A stretch of 64,000 nt of DNA from contig MU619309.1 in NCBI GenBank assembly GCA_025201805.1, positions 1 through 64,000 on the forward strand, in the 5' to 3' direction. Position 1 is the stretch's first letter. Each line of letters starts with the position of its first letter. Made by a program: the position numbers and the translations under genes. Below the pieces are notes generated by a model that made no database searches, had not been told where the DNA came from, and saw only the letters and a list, made by a program, of their open reading frames with translations. The DNA is from Parasitella parasitica NRRL 2501 (taxonomy: Eukaryota > Fungi > Mucoromycota). Shown one piece after another: positions 27,034-40,546 of the stretch.

Positions 27034-28537
27034 ATGATGGTAGCAATGATGATAAATACAGTGAAAGATAGCAAAGATAAAGGCAGTGATGGAGCGACTC
27101 AAGATGACGGTGAGCAATTTCGCGCATGCTCAACTTCTTTGAAACAAGTGCTTAGAGACGACTTGCCAGACGGCATCAGGGTGTTATTCATCAATACAAT
27201 CGGTGCAAACATAGAGCAAGTATCTAATTATACCTCTGAATTCAGCAAGCAGGTCCTCAAAGTTGCTCTATTGTTTGCTGAGCATGCATTTGAATCTAAC
27301 GACGGCAACTTTGAACTTGCCCACGATGGTGGAAACAGCATTGCTTCAAATACTGCCAGAAGGGTATTTAGAAGAAGATATCACTGTACCAAAGCCATTA
27401 GATTCCAGTTTTCTCGAGAATGACGATTTTAATGCTCACTATCAATTGCTGTTTTGGAGTCCCCCTTGGGACAAATACACTCGACATACTATGGTCAAGG
27501 GGGGGGGGTCATAGTAAACGTTTTGGGCCGTTATAAAGCCAACCCACATCGAAATTTGTCCTCACACGTTATCAAGATAGCTCGCCAACAGTACTACACA
27601 AATCTTCGAGTTATATGGTCCGAAAATACTATTGTCAACAAGCTCTTGAACTCCTTGCTGTTGATCCATTTATCTTCCATTCAAGGCCACTCTATCAAGT
27701 TGAAGAAGACTGAAAGAGAACCGGCCAAGCTTCGAAAAACCCACAGAGGCAAACTAAGTTAAGAAAGTGAGGATTAACGGTGGCTACTCGAGGCACAAAG
27801 GAGAGGTTTCAGTCACTGAGGTGAGGGATTCATGAGTATGGAAAACCTTTAGTGGGTGATTTGAAAAATCTAATACCATTTAAGCCCTTTACTGTAGGTA
27901 GCAAAGGATGCTGTAGAAAGGTAGAGAAATGCAAGCTGGATGAAGACATAGATCTAACAACAGCTGTGTTCAGTAGCACGCATAACGGCATTATAAAGAC
28001 TACCAAGACAGTGTTTTTTTTTTATATCGATCGTTTCGCATCTCAATTGAAGCTTTACAAATAGGTTTCAGAACTTGGGTATGTAACTCTATGCCTTTGA
28101 ACACTTGTGTATATAGTAAAAGAAACTGATTCCCTACGTATGTGCCTACTATAGAAGGTACCAAAAAAGGAGACTACGCCGATGGTTCAGATACAGATAA
28201 AGCTGATGTTTTTGAACACTTGGCTCTACCTCACGCTCTCATTGTAGGCTCCAAGCAAATCAATCAATATACGAGCTTGGTTACTTTTACAAACTTGTCA
28301 ACTCGAAAAAAGAAGACTACAGAAGACGGATACAGAGTTTTGGAGATGGAAAAGGATTTTGGAAAAAAATAGTCTTTATCAATGCTCAAGACAACGTGCC
28401 GTGACCAAGTCTCAGCACTTGCAATTAGCCTTGCTGGTCTTGGTTGCCCTTTGTTTGGAGTAACTTTCCCCTGTTTCGACCGAGAACTCATCACTGCCAA
28501 GCGCACACAATTCAACAATTTAGCCCTATCTTTTTAG
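27034..28537 (+). mobile_element. Decayed Fanzor (TnpB-like RNA-guided nuclease) gene
   Basis: Frameshifted segments FRACSTSLKQVLRDDL, QQYYTNLRVIW..NKLL..LLLIHL, RuvC-I-like AVFSSTHNGIIKTT (expected GTDNG) and RuvC-III-like CRDQVSALAISLAGL..LFGVTFPCF; the RuvC-II/Zn region is missing. Confidence 0.7.
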
Positions 28538-28680
28538 TACAGAAAACAGCCACTGGGCTCACCTTTCGATGGAGGCAATACTCTTTGAAGGTAAGTGAAC
28601 AACTACAAAAAGTGGGGATAACTCAATATCTAAATGAGCACTGGATCTTTGATTTTATCCTTTTAATACCATTGGGTAAA
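28538..28680 (+). ncRNA. Candidate Fanzor omegaRNA scaffold / right-end region
   Basis: Directly downstream of the Fanzor stop; stem CTCACCTTT (28558-28566) with GAAGGTAAG (28587-28595) encloses GGAG-GCAATA-CTCT; a second hairpin CTCA...TGAG at ~28622-28638. Confidence 0.35.
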
Positions 28681-28836
28681 TGACATTTCGATTTTATAAA
28701 AATTGTTTACAAAAAGTAACCAAAACTATCTGTTTTTTCTCTGGAATTTAGCTTGCTATACGGATACAGTACAGTGATATATATTGATAGATATTAAGAA
28801 GCAAGTACTTTATTATGGTGAATATATAGTGTAATT

Positions 28837-29522
28837 TTACTTTGTTTCTAAAGCTTTAATTGCTGAAGAAAAAGCGTTGTCAAGTTGCGCCTTGAGAGTA
28901 TTTCCAACAATATTTTCGGCAAGGAATCCTTTATTGACAAGGAGGCATTTTGTCAAAGACGTTGTCAATTCATTAATCTTCTGGATGTCTTTCTTGGCAA
29001 CAGCAGTAGCTAATACAAGGTCGTCGAATGCAAGCTTCTTGGAAACGATAGAAGTCAAGACTTCCACTACTCTGGGTACTAGTCCAGTGACAACACCAAC
29101 GACGCCGGCAACCTCATCTGCGGTGAAGCTATGAATGGAGCAACAATCATCATTAGCTTTGCTCAAAAGCTTTTCAATAAGTTGTTCTTTATCATGAATT
29201 TTCAAGGCACCCAAATAGCCATCGGCATTGCTGAAATTATCGATCTAGTTGTAGTTTAGTTTTCCATTTTCTTTTGCACAAATATAATATAATACTCTAC
29301 TTACATCTGGTTTGGTGGCTTCTAGTTGAGCACCTGCTTTTTCGATACTATTGATACATGTTTTAGCTGGAGATACTTCTCTTTTGTTCAATGCAGCTGC
29401 GTTAACTAAACCACCCGAAAAGACAAAAATTAGGTATTGTTCTATTGATAAAGAAGAATTGTATACAAACCAGTGATGGCTAAAATGAAAGCAAGCAAGA
29501 AGGTAATAATTTGAGAACGCAT
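28837..29522 (-). CDS. hsbA: Secreted hydrophobic surface-binding protein A (HsbA)-like, 3 exons
   Basis: Signal peptide MRSQIITFLLAFILAITVNA, Kex2 site KR, F...DGYLGALKIHDKEQ, helical amphipathic body resembling Mucor HsbA proteins. Confidence 0.75.
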
Positions 29523-30806
29523 TGTTTTATGATTAAGTGTTGATCTTTGAATTTTATTTTGAGGTGTATTTATATTCAATGACAACAATCAAATAAAGTG
29601 ATCAGATGTACGACTGTTGTCAATGTGTGTTCTCGCTTTACATGTCATCTGGTTCGTTTGATGCACAATCCCTTTTGCTTTTTTAGTTTGCTTCTGACCT
29701 GCAATAAAAACCTGTAACTACAGCTATTTCTTTGACATCTCTACTTCTAATTCTGCGCGTTTTTTCAAAATAAGTTTCAGAAGCGAGATTAGTTCCAGCA
29801 CCTTTGAACCTCATAATAGCAATATCGTTTGCTTGCCTATGTAAACAAAAAGACTGACGTACGGAATTCACAAAGACTTATGTCCCCTGAATGCGCTGAT
29901 CATTGAATCCAATGCTTCGGGTTTTAACAAAGCGACCTATGCACCGTAGCTTTGATTATCTGAATACCCCTGATCACCAATACGTCTTTACATGCATATT
30001 TCTTTGAGTGATACTGTAAACTGTGTTGATTTAAAAGTACTAGTAAACAACAATGCATCTAAACCTATCATGTCTACAGTCGTCTTATTGCTGGTATCGA
30101 CTTCAGAGTTTAGTACAGTGTTATAGCAAATACGTTTACAGGCTTGCAATCAAGTTCCTTGTACCAGAACAATTTTTTTTTTCGTTCATTTTCAGAGACA
30201 AATCACGTAGATAAGGAAAACGATATTGGAGTGCAGTGTTTTCTCTGTGTATTGCATGATTTGCAATTTTAGTTTGAGGCAGATCATTTTGTTTGTAAGG
30301 ATTGGAGCCTTTTGTTTATCACATGCACACATAAACAAAACATTTTTGGAGATTGCCGACAAACAAAGTTCGTATCAAAAATATACCTGTATAACATAAT
30401 CAAAATTCAAGCTGTCTTTTCAGGTATCCGATAATACCAAAGATGTTTCATTCAGAAAACGAGCATCTATGTATTCCCTTTACGCAAAGGGCTAAAAAAA
30501 TAACAGCTACACATGCTTTTTGTTATTCAAGCTGCAAAATATGAGTATTCTCTATACATATGCAGTTGCTGCTCACTAGTAGTTTATAGACCCAAAATTT
30601 AATAAAGTTATTTCAAATTGTTTATTGCTAAATATCTCAAGGAAAGTATTAGGTATACCCGATGTGCGTATTAAGCGTTTTAGATCAAGTGATAGATTAT
30701 GCATCGAACCAAATAATGTGAATTACTGGCAGTCTTTCACGCAACATGTTGAATCTGTAACGCAGATCCTAGTTCTTAACTGAGACCTTGAAAATCATAT
30801 AATATA

Positions 30807-32060
30807 CTACGCTTCGCTACGGCCCAAGATATCATTATTTGTCAAATCTTTCATTAATTCTTTGAATTTCAGTCGGAACACTCTTGAGCATAAATCTGGT
30901 CGGTCAGCAGCAGTTTGTCTAAACAAAAGCTCACTTTGTATTTCTGGCCAGTTAGGGTTGCAGGTGAATGATATAAAGTAATCAGGCTTGCCAAGCCGTT
31001 TTACAATACTCATTGAGTCTTGATATAATTGAGCCATATGTCTTGTTCCTTCAATGAAGGAGCTAGGAAGTATTACTTTCAGACCAAGAGAGTTGGTGTC
31101 TGTATCATCATGTGTAATTGCGTCTTGTAAACCACGATAGAGCTCAGAGCGAAGGCTGGATTGATTGTGACGAATAAAATTCAAACGAAACTGTTCAATT
31201 TTGGCGTACATGTCGACAATGTACTGGTGAAACAGTTTTCCAAACAAATGAAGACAATGATCGGAACCTCTATACATTAAACGAAAGCTGTAAAACTGCG
31301 AGGTAGACACCTTTATACCACTCTCTGAAACACAATCCATGGTCCATCCACTTTGCCCAGAAGGAGATAGCAAAACATAACCCATTGCGTCGTACATCTG
31401 ATTCAGCTCGCTAGCTCTTCGAAACCCGCCATCCTGAGGTCTGATCACAATATCTCGATACTTTGGTTGCTCATTGTCCTGCCTTCCACCGCTACCCAGA
31501 ATTAACACGCCTACCTCTGTTGAGGTCGTAGGTGCGTTATATCGTCGAGGATCAGGGGCTCCCTCAGCTCTAAAAACCATCGAAGCATCTTCTACTTGTT
31601 CAGGATATTCTCTTATAGATTGGGCCATTGTCTTCAAGTCTCGCACGATTGGATTGATTCGGTGCATTAAACGTTGTAGCTCCTCCAAAGTCTGAACATC
31701 TATATGGCTGGCTACTAAATTTCTGTTGCTGGTCCCATTGCTGGCATCATAAACATAAATCTGAGCAAATGCAGACAAACTATTCTCAATTGGAAGTAAT
31801 GACCCAATTCTATGGTAAATGCTTCCATGAATTCTGAATGCGAAAGCACCACCACGTGAATTTTGGACACTGCCATTGACGCGAAGCCAAGTGCGTTGTT
31901 ATAAGAGCGCACATTTTTCTTGAACTCTACGCCTCTACGATTGTTGTTTTGGACCACATCAGCAATGACTCGTGGTGTAGCTTCTAAAGGTGGAATAATA
32001 TATCGGCCTAAACTGCAGCTTAATTGGAATCTGGCGGTCGAAATTCCTCCCTCAGTACGC
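30807..32060 (-). mobile_element. Helitron Rep/helicase N-terminal fragment (truncated)
   Basis: FKKNVRSYNNALGFAS, FAQIYVYD, RRYNAPT, QYIVDMYAKIE, ILPSSF, PDYFISFTCNPNWPEI, DRPDLCSRVF; ends before the HUH motif. Confidence 0.92.
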
Positions 32061-32116
32061 TTCTAAATTGATTTTTTTTCGTACTTCTCAAGTCTTTGCG
32101 CCCTGGAACAGACAAG

Positions 32117-32643
32117 ATGTCGAAAGCCATAAATCACGTTTCTAAAATAATCAACATCATTACAAACACTCTGATAAATGTTCAAAATAATTACATAGTA
32201 GGTAATCTCGATTGGAGCGACGGTACACGATCTGATGTAGTCCTTGAAACAAAATCATAATCGTAGAAATACAGATGAAAGAGGCTCATAAAAGACAGTC
32301 TTCAAGCTTTCTAACGATTTGAAGTGTCATTAGCACCAACACTTTATCTGATTGTGTCACTAAAGATGTAGAGGCCAGTAATTTTTCTGCTTGCTGTAAC
32401 TTTCCTTCTACATGATGGGCTTCTAGATGTCTTATTGTGTCTAAACCATGTGCCCAAGAGTGTATTAGAACATTACCTTTGGATCCATTCGTCGCTCTTA
32501 GTTTATTTCTCACCAGCCAAGCTATCACGATAAACGACATACTTTGCCCAGATGATCCAATTATCCAATATTTATACTCATTAGCGTTACAAACACATCA
32601 AACTCGGCTTGGAGACCAACACATTGCTCACACTATAGTATAA
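32117..32643 (+). pseudogene. Fragment of a Mucorales PD-(D/E)XK-like nuclease-fold family gene
   Basis: GNLDWSDGTRSDVVL, then frameshifted IIIVEIQ, later LDPFVALSLFLT...DDPIIQYLY; internal stops. Confidence 0.5.
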
Positions 32644-33004
32644 GTACTCGAGAATCAAGATCACAAGCATACCAAAATACTGGAACTTAATGGTATTTTG
32701 CGCAGAGGATATATATAACTATAATTTGCTCAAAAAATACTTAACTTTACGAAAATAAAATCAGACACAAAAACTAATAACTTTATTGATAAGAAAATGC
32801 CATCTTTTTATACTAGATTATATCTATTGTAACATTATTTATCATTGTGGTTAAACATTGAACTTGGCATGTCATACCAAGTTAACTACGCGTTATATTG
32901 TACATCAATAGCTTATTCCTTGTCATTGAATACAAAGAAATACCAATCTGATAATTGCTTGCCTTTCTGACACACCAATTGACAAACAAGCATCATCCGA
33001 AGTA

Positions 33005-33600
33005 GTGGTCAATGCCATGAAGACTTTAAAATCTCAAAATCACGCAACAAAAAGGAAGTTGAATGTTATCAATGTCGGCTCCTCGTCTATCTCAACAACA
33101 GACACTACAAATATTAAAAATAGTAATTTTACCTCCAGAATCGTCCACTTCATCATACAAGTGAGGCATGCTTCTGCGCACTTGTGCGAGGCTAAATTGC
33201 CAGACTAGTTTGGCCGGATGTTTGAAGTTAATTTGGCCAGTTTCGGGACTAATCTCGTGTTTGCACTATGGGGTCTCAGCTCTCTGGCGGCCGGAAGCAA
33301 AGAGTTTACATTGCCCGTGCACTAGTCCGTAAACCCAAAGTAGTGCTGTTGGATGAAGCCACTTCAGCTCTTGATAGCGATGGTGAGCGCCTTGCACAGG
33401 AAGCACTAGACAGCATTTTGGAGGGAGGAGGAAGAACTACAATCACTGTCGCCCATCGTCTCTCCACTATTCAGAATACTGACTTGGTCTGTGTGGTAAA
33501 AGATCGCTGCGTTATTGAGTAATGCTCTCATCATGATCTTTTGGCTTTGAATGGCATTTACACTGAACTTGTCCGTGAACAATCCTTATCCATGCTGTAA
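33005..33600 (+). pseudogene. C-terminal NBD fragment of an ABCB/MDR transporter
   Basis: [36 protein letters not shown]; in-frame TAA at 33520-33522 before HDLLALNGIYTELVREQSL; no Walker A and no transmembrane domain. Confidence 0.85.
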
Positions 33601-33844
33601 ATTTTAAAGTTTAAAATACGTACAGTTATTGTCTCGCTTTCTGATTAATCAAAAGATACCATAATGAACTTGCATCATTCTGATTTAGACCATGTGCACC
33701 AGATATTCTGAATTCTGTCTGCAAAAAACGTATTATAAGCTTTTATTTGTTTTTAACAGCGCAGATCTATAAACATGAGATGAGAAAGTAGGGGAGCAAG
33801 GGATTTGAAGAAAAGATAATTGATAATTAGATGTGTCAAACAAG

Positions 33845-35757
33845 TTAATCAGAGGCAGAGATCATGTTCTCGGGTCTGACCCACTGTTCAAACTCTTCAG
33901 AGTTCAAGTAGCCAAGAGAAAGAGCAGCTTCCTTCAAAGTGGTGCCTTCTTTGTGAGCTTTCTTGGCACACTTGGCAGCTTTATCATAACCAATATGAGG
34001 GTTAAGAGCAGTAACCAACATCAACGATTCATTCATGATGCTGTTGATCTTCTTTTCATTGGCTTGAATACCGACAACGCAGTTCTTGGTAAAGGAGGTA
34101 GAAGCGTCCGAAACAAGGCGAATAGATTGGATCAAGTTCTTGATCATAACAGGCTTGAAGACATTGAGCTATGTTCCATAAAGATTTAGCCCACAAAGAC
34201 ATGACTCGAATTAGAAGAATAACTTACCTCAAATTGGCCGTTAGAACCAGCAACAGAAACGGCAGTGTTGTTGCCCATTACTTGGGCACAGACCATGGTC
34301 ATGGCCTCGCATTGAGTAGGGTTAACCTTGCCGGGCATAATGGAAGATCCAGGTTCGTTCTCCGGTAAGGAAAGCTCGCCCAGACCACAACGAGGGCCGG
34401 AACCGAGGTAACGAATATCGTTGGCGATCTTCATGAGAGAACAAGCAACGGTATTGATGGCACCGTGAGCCTCAACAACAGCATCATGAGCTGCAAGAGC
34501 TTCAAACTTGTTGGGTGCAGTCTTGAAGGGAAGACCAGTGATATTGGCGACGGCATCGGCAACCTTGACATCGAACCCCTTTCTGGTGTTGAGACCGGTA
34601 CCGACAGCAGTGCCACCCTGAGCAAGGTTATAAAGACGTTCCAAAGTACCTTCAACACGGGCAATACCGTAAGTTAGTTGCTGGGTGTAACCAGAGAATT
34701 CTTGACCAAGGGTCAAGGGGGTAGCATCTTGCAAGTGAGTACGGCCAATCTTGATAATGTGATCGAATTCCTTGGACTTGGCGTCAAGGGCATCGCGCAA
34801 AGTCTTCAAAGCGGGGATGAGACGGTGAGTAATCTCGACAACAGCAGCTACGTGCATGGCGGTAGGGAAGCTAGTTCAGATTAGATGCTGATTAACCGCC
34901 ACTGTTTGTATATCATGACTTACGTATCGTTGGAAGATTGGCTCATATTGACATGATCATTAGGATGGACGGGAGTCTTGGAGCCAAGCTCGCCACCGAG
35001 AAGCTCAATAGCACGGTTGGAAATAACCTGTTCATCCATATTAATTTCGACTCTCACTCACCCACTTTGCCGTCTTTCCAATGCCTTACCTCATTGACAT
35101 TCATGCTAAATGTCCCAATTTAAATCAGTAAACAGGCACAAACTACCAACACACCATCCTAGACTTACTTGGTTTGAGTACCAGAGCCAGTTTGCCAGAC
35201 AACAAGGGGGAAATGATCGATTAAACTGCCATCGATAACCTAGTGGATTCATTTAATAGGTTGCATTTCTGCCCAAAAAAACATCACCTACTTCGTCGGC
35301 AGCCTTTTGAATAGCCTCGCCAACCTTGGGGTCCATGCCATAGGTCATATTGACAGTAGCAGCAGCCTTCTTGAGAACACCGAAAGCTCGAATCAAAGGC
35401 TCGGGCATGCGTTCATTCTTACCGCCGATATCAAAGTTCTGGAGAGATCTGCCATCATGTTGCTGTGAGCTTCATCGAAATGTGAATGTCTGCGTGTGTG
35501 GTTTTACCTTTGTGTCTGAGCACCCCAATACTTGTCAGCAGGGACCTGGAGATCACCAAAGGTATCACGCTCAGCACGGAATTTTTGCTATAAAAAGGTT
35601 GAAAGTTTAGATAACCGAGATAATCAGGTACCACACATCTCGGAAGTGAAATTGATGGCCTACTTACCAAAGCAATGGAAGCGCTGCTGAAAAGGCGGCT
35701 AGAGCGGTTAAGAGCAGAAGCCTGGCTCAAAAACTTGGTCGAAGTAGCACGCAACAT
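33845..35757 (-). CDS. FUM1: Class II fumarate hydratase with mitochondrial presequence, multi-exon
   Basis: [39 protein letters not shown], signature [15 protein letters not shown]. Confidence 0.97.
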
Positions 35758-38263
35758 TCTATAGATGTGAAAAAAGTGAAGGGAGAAAAGAAGAAGAAAA
35801 CAACGGATAATGTTTCTCCGCAAAAGGTTTATGTGATTTATAAGACCAGGGTGCCGTCTTTTTTCATGCTTGGTCCTCTTTACGCTCTTGTCTAACATTA
35901 CAAGATGGCGGTACATGCCTGAAGAGCCACTTCTCCGATTGAAAATGACGTCTAAATCAACTCACCCCACACTTTTTCCATCAAATGAATTGGCAAACAG
36001 ACCTCAGCAAAGCAGCTTGATCTTTTTACCTTTCTCCCCCTAGTAAAAATCTTCACTAAAGGCTCTTTTTACCCCCCTCATTTTCTTCCTAGATCTTCCG
36101 TTCCTGTAATGTAACTGCGTAAGTTACTGTTAATCACGAACACCAATACTGATGTAAATCAGTTATAATGCCAATGGGTTAAAAAAAATCCTTACGCTGA
36201 GCCTTTACATGCGAACATATAAAAAGAACATTTTATCATCTGTGTCCTTTCGACTGTTCAAGCTTCTCAACGAGAATTGGAATTTTTTTTTTGTGATTTA
36301 AGTGCATCTTTATTAATTAATCAATGGGAATTGGAGTACAATTGGGACAGTTGAAGAAAATGGTGATGTTTATTACATGAACGTGGAAAATTAAGGTTGA
36401 GAGCAAATATCAATAATTGCGTCCTCTTGGCTGCATTTACTCTCGATTGGAAACTTATGTATATTTTACTATTTACTTCTAAATAATTCCAAAAAAAAAA
36501 AGAGAGATCGGTTTGCCTGATACTTTTTCCATCAAAATCTTTAAAAAATACTAGCTAATAAATTTCACCTGTCCAAGTAGGTTTGGATACTATTTAATTT
36601 TGCATCTAATGACAGGTATTGCAAATGATTTTTTTTTACCAAAATCTGGAGTAATTTGCCTCTAGGGAGAAATGTGTTTTTTCGACCAAAAAATCTTGTT
36701 TGGCGTAAATATTGCCTAAAATGGTAATTTATGCCTTTTCTATGTAAATTGTTCGTCCATAGAGCAGCGAGAGTTTCTTCCTTTGGAGCCATTGTCAAAC
36801 CAAAGTTGTTGCTTTTTCTTTTTCATATGAACAGGGTCTCATTTCAGGCATGAAATAAAATATAGTAGAATTAATATTTAAACGCAAAGACGTTATTATG
36901 TTGTATCATTATGTATGCCATTTGCAGGTATATATATTCAACAAATTTCCTTAATCGAACTTTTAAATTCATTTTGGTGAGGGTTGACAGTATCCTTGAT
37001 TACTTGAACGCCAAAAGTTAATTTTTTCAAGGCTTTTTTGAATCGGCTACCTTTGAAATGACCAAGTATGTAGCAAGGTGGACCATTGCACTCGACTTAA
37101 TGCTTTAAGATGTCTATAAGTGTATGGTTTGATGTACTCTTGAAGTAAGCCACAAGCTTCATCAACTGAGGCATCAATTCTACTATCGTTCTGGTGGCGA
37201 CACTTTAAAGTTTTTGAAATCACAAAGATGTCTCTTGTCTGGGTTAACGGAGAGTCGGTTTTGCAAGACATGATCTCAACTAATTCACACCATTTAGCAA
37301 AATACTGCATTTTCATTTCCCTTCCAAGTTTCCTTGTAATCCTCAAGAAAAAGTGTAAATCAGACTATCAAACAAACTCGCTTCCAATAGCTAAGCACTC
37401 AGCAGCACATTTTATGGTGCATCCAAGTCAATATAGCTTAATTATTTATTCAAGTATTTCCTTTTACTATCTCTTTAGATGCAATACCTGTAATGAAAGA
37501 GGCGGAATTGCTATACTATGTTCAAAGATCGAATCTCCTTTAAATTTACACATGTATCCAGTGGCATTATATTAACCAGCAATGTTTACCACTTGAATTG
37601 ATTATACAATCAATTTAGCAATATACCGATGCCTACACATATCGGAAGGTGCATACATTGTTTAGATGTAGAAACACCACTTCGCAATACAAAAAGGGCA
37701 TGGCACAGCACACCAAAACAAAACCTTAATCATAAAATTTCTGCATGTAACATTTTACTTGATTTGGAATTACAAAAAAATTTTGCTTTAATAATGCTTT
37801 CAAATGAATGTACTCAATTCAACGTACCGAGTCGAGATAAAACAAGATATAAAAAGAGGGAATACATCTGTAGCCAAGTCAAGAAGAATGTCCATTGATT
37901 GCATGTACATTTGGCAAGCAATAAATAGCTTTTATGGCCACACAAGCACCAGAAATTTTTTATGATACGATCATTGCGGCTTTGAAACTTTTTTCGTTTA
38001 TTACCAAAGACTGAAACCTTCCTGAATCCTCGGCATCATGGAATTTTGTGCATCTTGATGGTGCTATTTGATGATACTGTGACTCTAGGTTAGAAATTTT
38101 TGCGCTTCATTGGCTACATGTCACTTTTAAGGTACTGTTTTGTCGTGTACCTTATCAGTTTTCTGATCTTGTTCAAATCTAGCTTCCCTGCGTGTATTTG
38201 TATAAATAGAATAGAAGAAAAACCAGCTCCACTTGACTTTATAGATTATTCAATTACTCAAAT

Positions 38264-39624
38264 ATGGCTAAACTCATGAATATTTTAATACCTTGTCTGG
38301 CTTTATTATACACAAATCTAGTACATGCTCAGTCTGATGCTGGAGGTAAGATGATTGCATGTCCACATACAAAGCTGGATCTGACAATTTTTTATTTATT
38401 AGCTGATGCTGATGCACCCATTCCAGAAGATGCCTGTGCTTTGATTCCCCTTGAAGACTATAATATGGGACTCAGGGTTGGCTCTATTTTCATTATCTTT
38501 GGTACGAGTGCTTTGGGAACATATCTCCCCATTCTTTTGCATCGGATAAGCTCGTACAAGCCCGGAGACATTCGCGATTGGCTTTTGACAGTAGGAAAAT
38601 TCTGTAAGTTGTTATATTTTGATTATAAGGCTATGCACAACTAACATTTTTTCATAGTCGGTACTGGTGTCATTCTGGCTACTGCCTTTATTCACATGCT
38701 CCCTGATGCCTTTGAGAATTTTGGTAGTCCTTGTCTGACACAAGGTTGGCTTTCATATGGCGCTTTTGCTGGTGTGTTCTGTTTGCTTGCCTCTTTTGCT
38801 CTGCAATTATTGGAAGTTGTGTCTGTTGCTCATGTGAACAAACTTCGCAAGATAAAGCAAGGCAAAGCTGACGCTGAACTTGGTAGCATTCGTCACTACA
38901 ATGAATTTGCCCATGAGAAGATCCCTTCTGACATGTTAAATAATTTGCAAATATCCAAACAGCAGCCTGTCCTTGACGAAGAGAGGGTCGAAACCCACAC
39001 TCACGATCATCATCATGTTGGCGATGATCATGGCCATTCCCATGGCGCTTTCTTCGAAGATGACGAAGCTTACAAGTATATTGGCACTTATATCTTGGAA
39101 CTCGGTATTATCATGCACTCTATTCTTATTGGAATTACACTATCCACAACTGGAAATAGCGAATTCACTACGCTCTTGATTGCTCTTGTATTTCATCAGG
39201 TACTTTATACATTTAGTTAGATTATAAATAATTTTGCCGTGTGCTTAACAACAATTATTGATTTCCTTAGTTTTTTGAGGGTATGGCCCTCGGCACCCGG
39301 TTGAATGAAATGAGCTACAAAACATGGTTTAGACCAGTGCTCATGGGATTGGTCTACATTATCATGACACCTATTGGCATCGCTATTGGAATTGGAATTC
39401 ACGCATCTTTCAATCCTAACTCGTATTCTGCTGTCTTGTCATCGGCCATCCTAGATTCTCTTTCGGCAGGCATTTTATTGTACAATGCCTATGTTTCTCT
39501 TATGAGTATGGAAATTAGTCATAGTGCTGCATTTCATAATGCATCGACTACCAGAAAGGTTTGCAGTTTCATTTCAATGTATATTGGTGCTGGTCTTATG
39601 GCATTGATTGGCGAATGGGCTTAA
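38264..39624 (+). CDS. ZIP-family zinc/iron permease (Zrt1-like), multi-exon
   Basis: FGTGVILATAFIHMLPDA, His-rich loop THTHDHHHVGDDHGHSHG, LELGIIMHSILIG, FHQFFEGMALG. Confidence 0.94.
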
Positions 39625-40546
39625 AAAAAGCTTCAAAAAATCCTTACTGTGTAGTAGCATCCTAATATTAAAATCCTTGTTTCCTTGACCTTGTACCGTA
39701 TTAACATAACAAAAAATACAATTTGTAATATTTACCTTTTTAATCATTTTCCGTATAAAACATTGATAAAATTATGCATTAGCTATTATTTTCAATGGAT
39801 ATTATGTACGCTTTATAAGGTTGGGAACGACGTCCAGCTCCGTAACACGGCCATATGTAGCCACAAAGCCAGCATTTTGAATAGAGAGACAGTGAGCAAA
39901 GTCTTCCAAACCGGAGTACGGTACCCTTGTTTCGTTTGTGGGTGCGTCCTTTTATAAAATGATATGATGACAGTACTTGAGCGTCGAGTTTCTTCCTTTT
40001 GAGTCACTCGCGTGTACATTCAACCCTATAGTGTATTTAAAGAACGGATTGAATATACTTAGTAACAAACAATTGTTGCAGATTATTTGGTATTCGTAGC
40101 CTTTTTGTTGAGTGTATGACAGCAATCGTTTTCATCGTTCTAACATACAAGGAAGCCCAATGAGAATTCATAGTCCAAGCACGATTTAGAGGACAATGAC
40201 GATTGTTTACATAATGACCTTGTCACTGGAAAGAGGGCTATACTATCAAGAATAAACTATATATAAATTTGATTTTCTATTAATAAAATACATGTATTTC
40301 TGGACACAATGTATCCAACAAAAGATGTACACCAGGCACAAAAAGAAATGATAAATAAGCCTTGTGATTTATAGAAAATATTTGTGTATAAATGATGATG
40401 AAGAAATATAATAATAATAATATTAAGATAGGAGAGAATACAAAATCTGAACGAGGTGCTTGACAAAAGGGGTCTTGAAAAATGTGTATAAAATAATAAT
40501 ACAATTATGAAATGTAATAGTGAGAGAGTCTGGCAATGTTGAAATC

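Noticed and set aside
36500-37900. Short ORFs between FUM1 and the ZIP gene
   Set aside because: Possibly TE or pseudogene debris, but no recognisable motif supports a call.
38121-38135. CACTTTTAAGGT as a Zap1-type zinc-responsive element upstream of the ZIP gene
   Set aside because: Imperfect single match to the yeast consensus, and that factor is not established for Mucorales.
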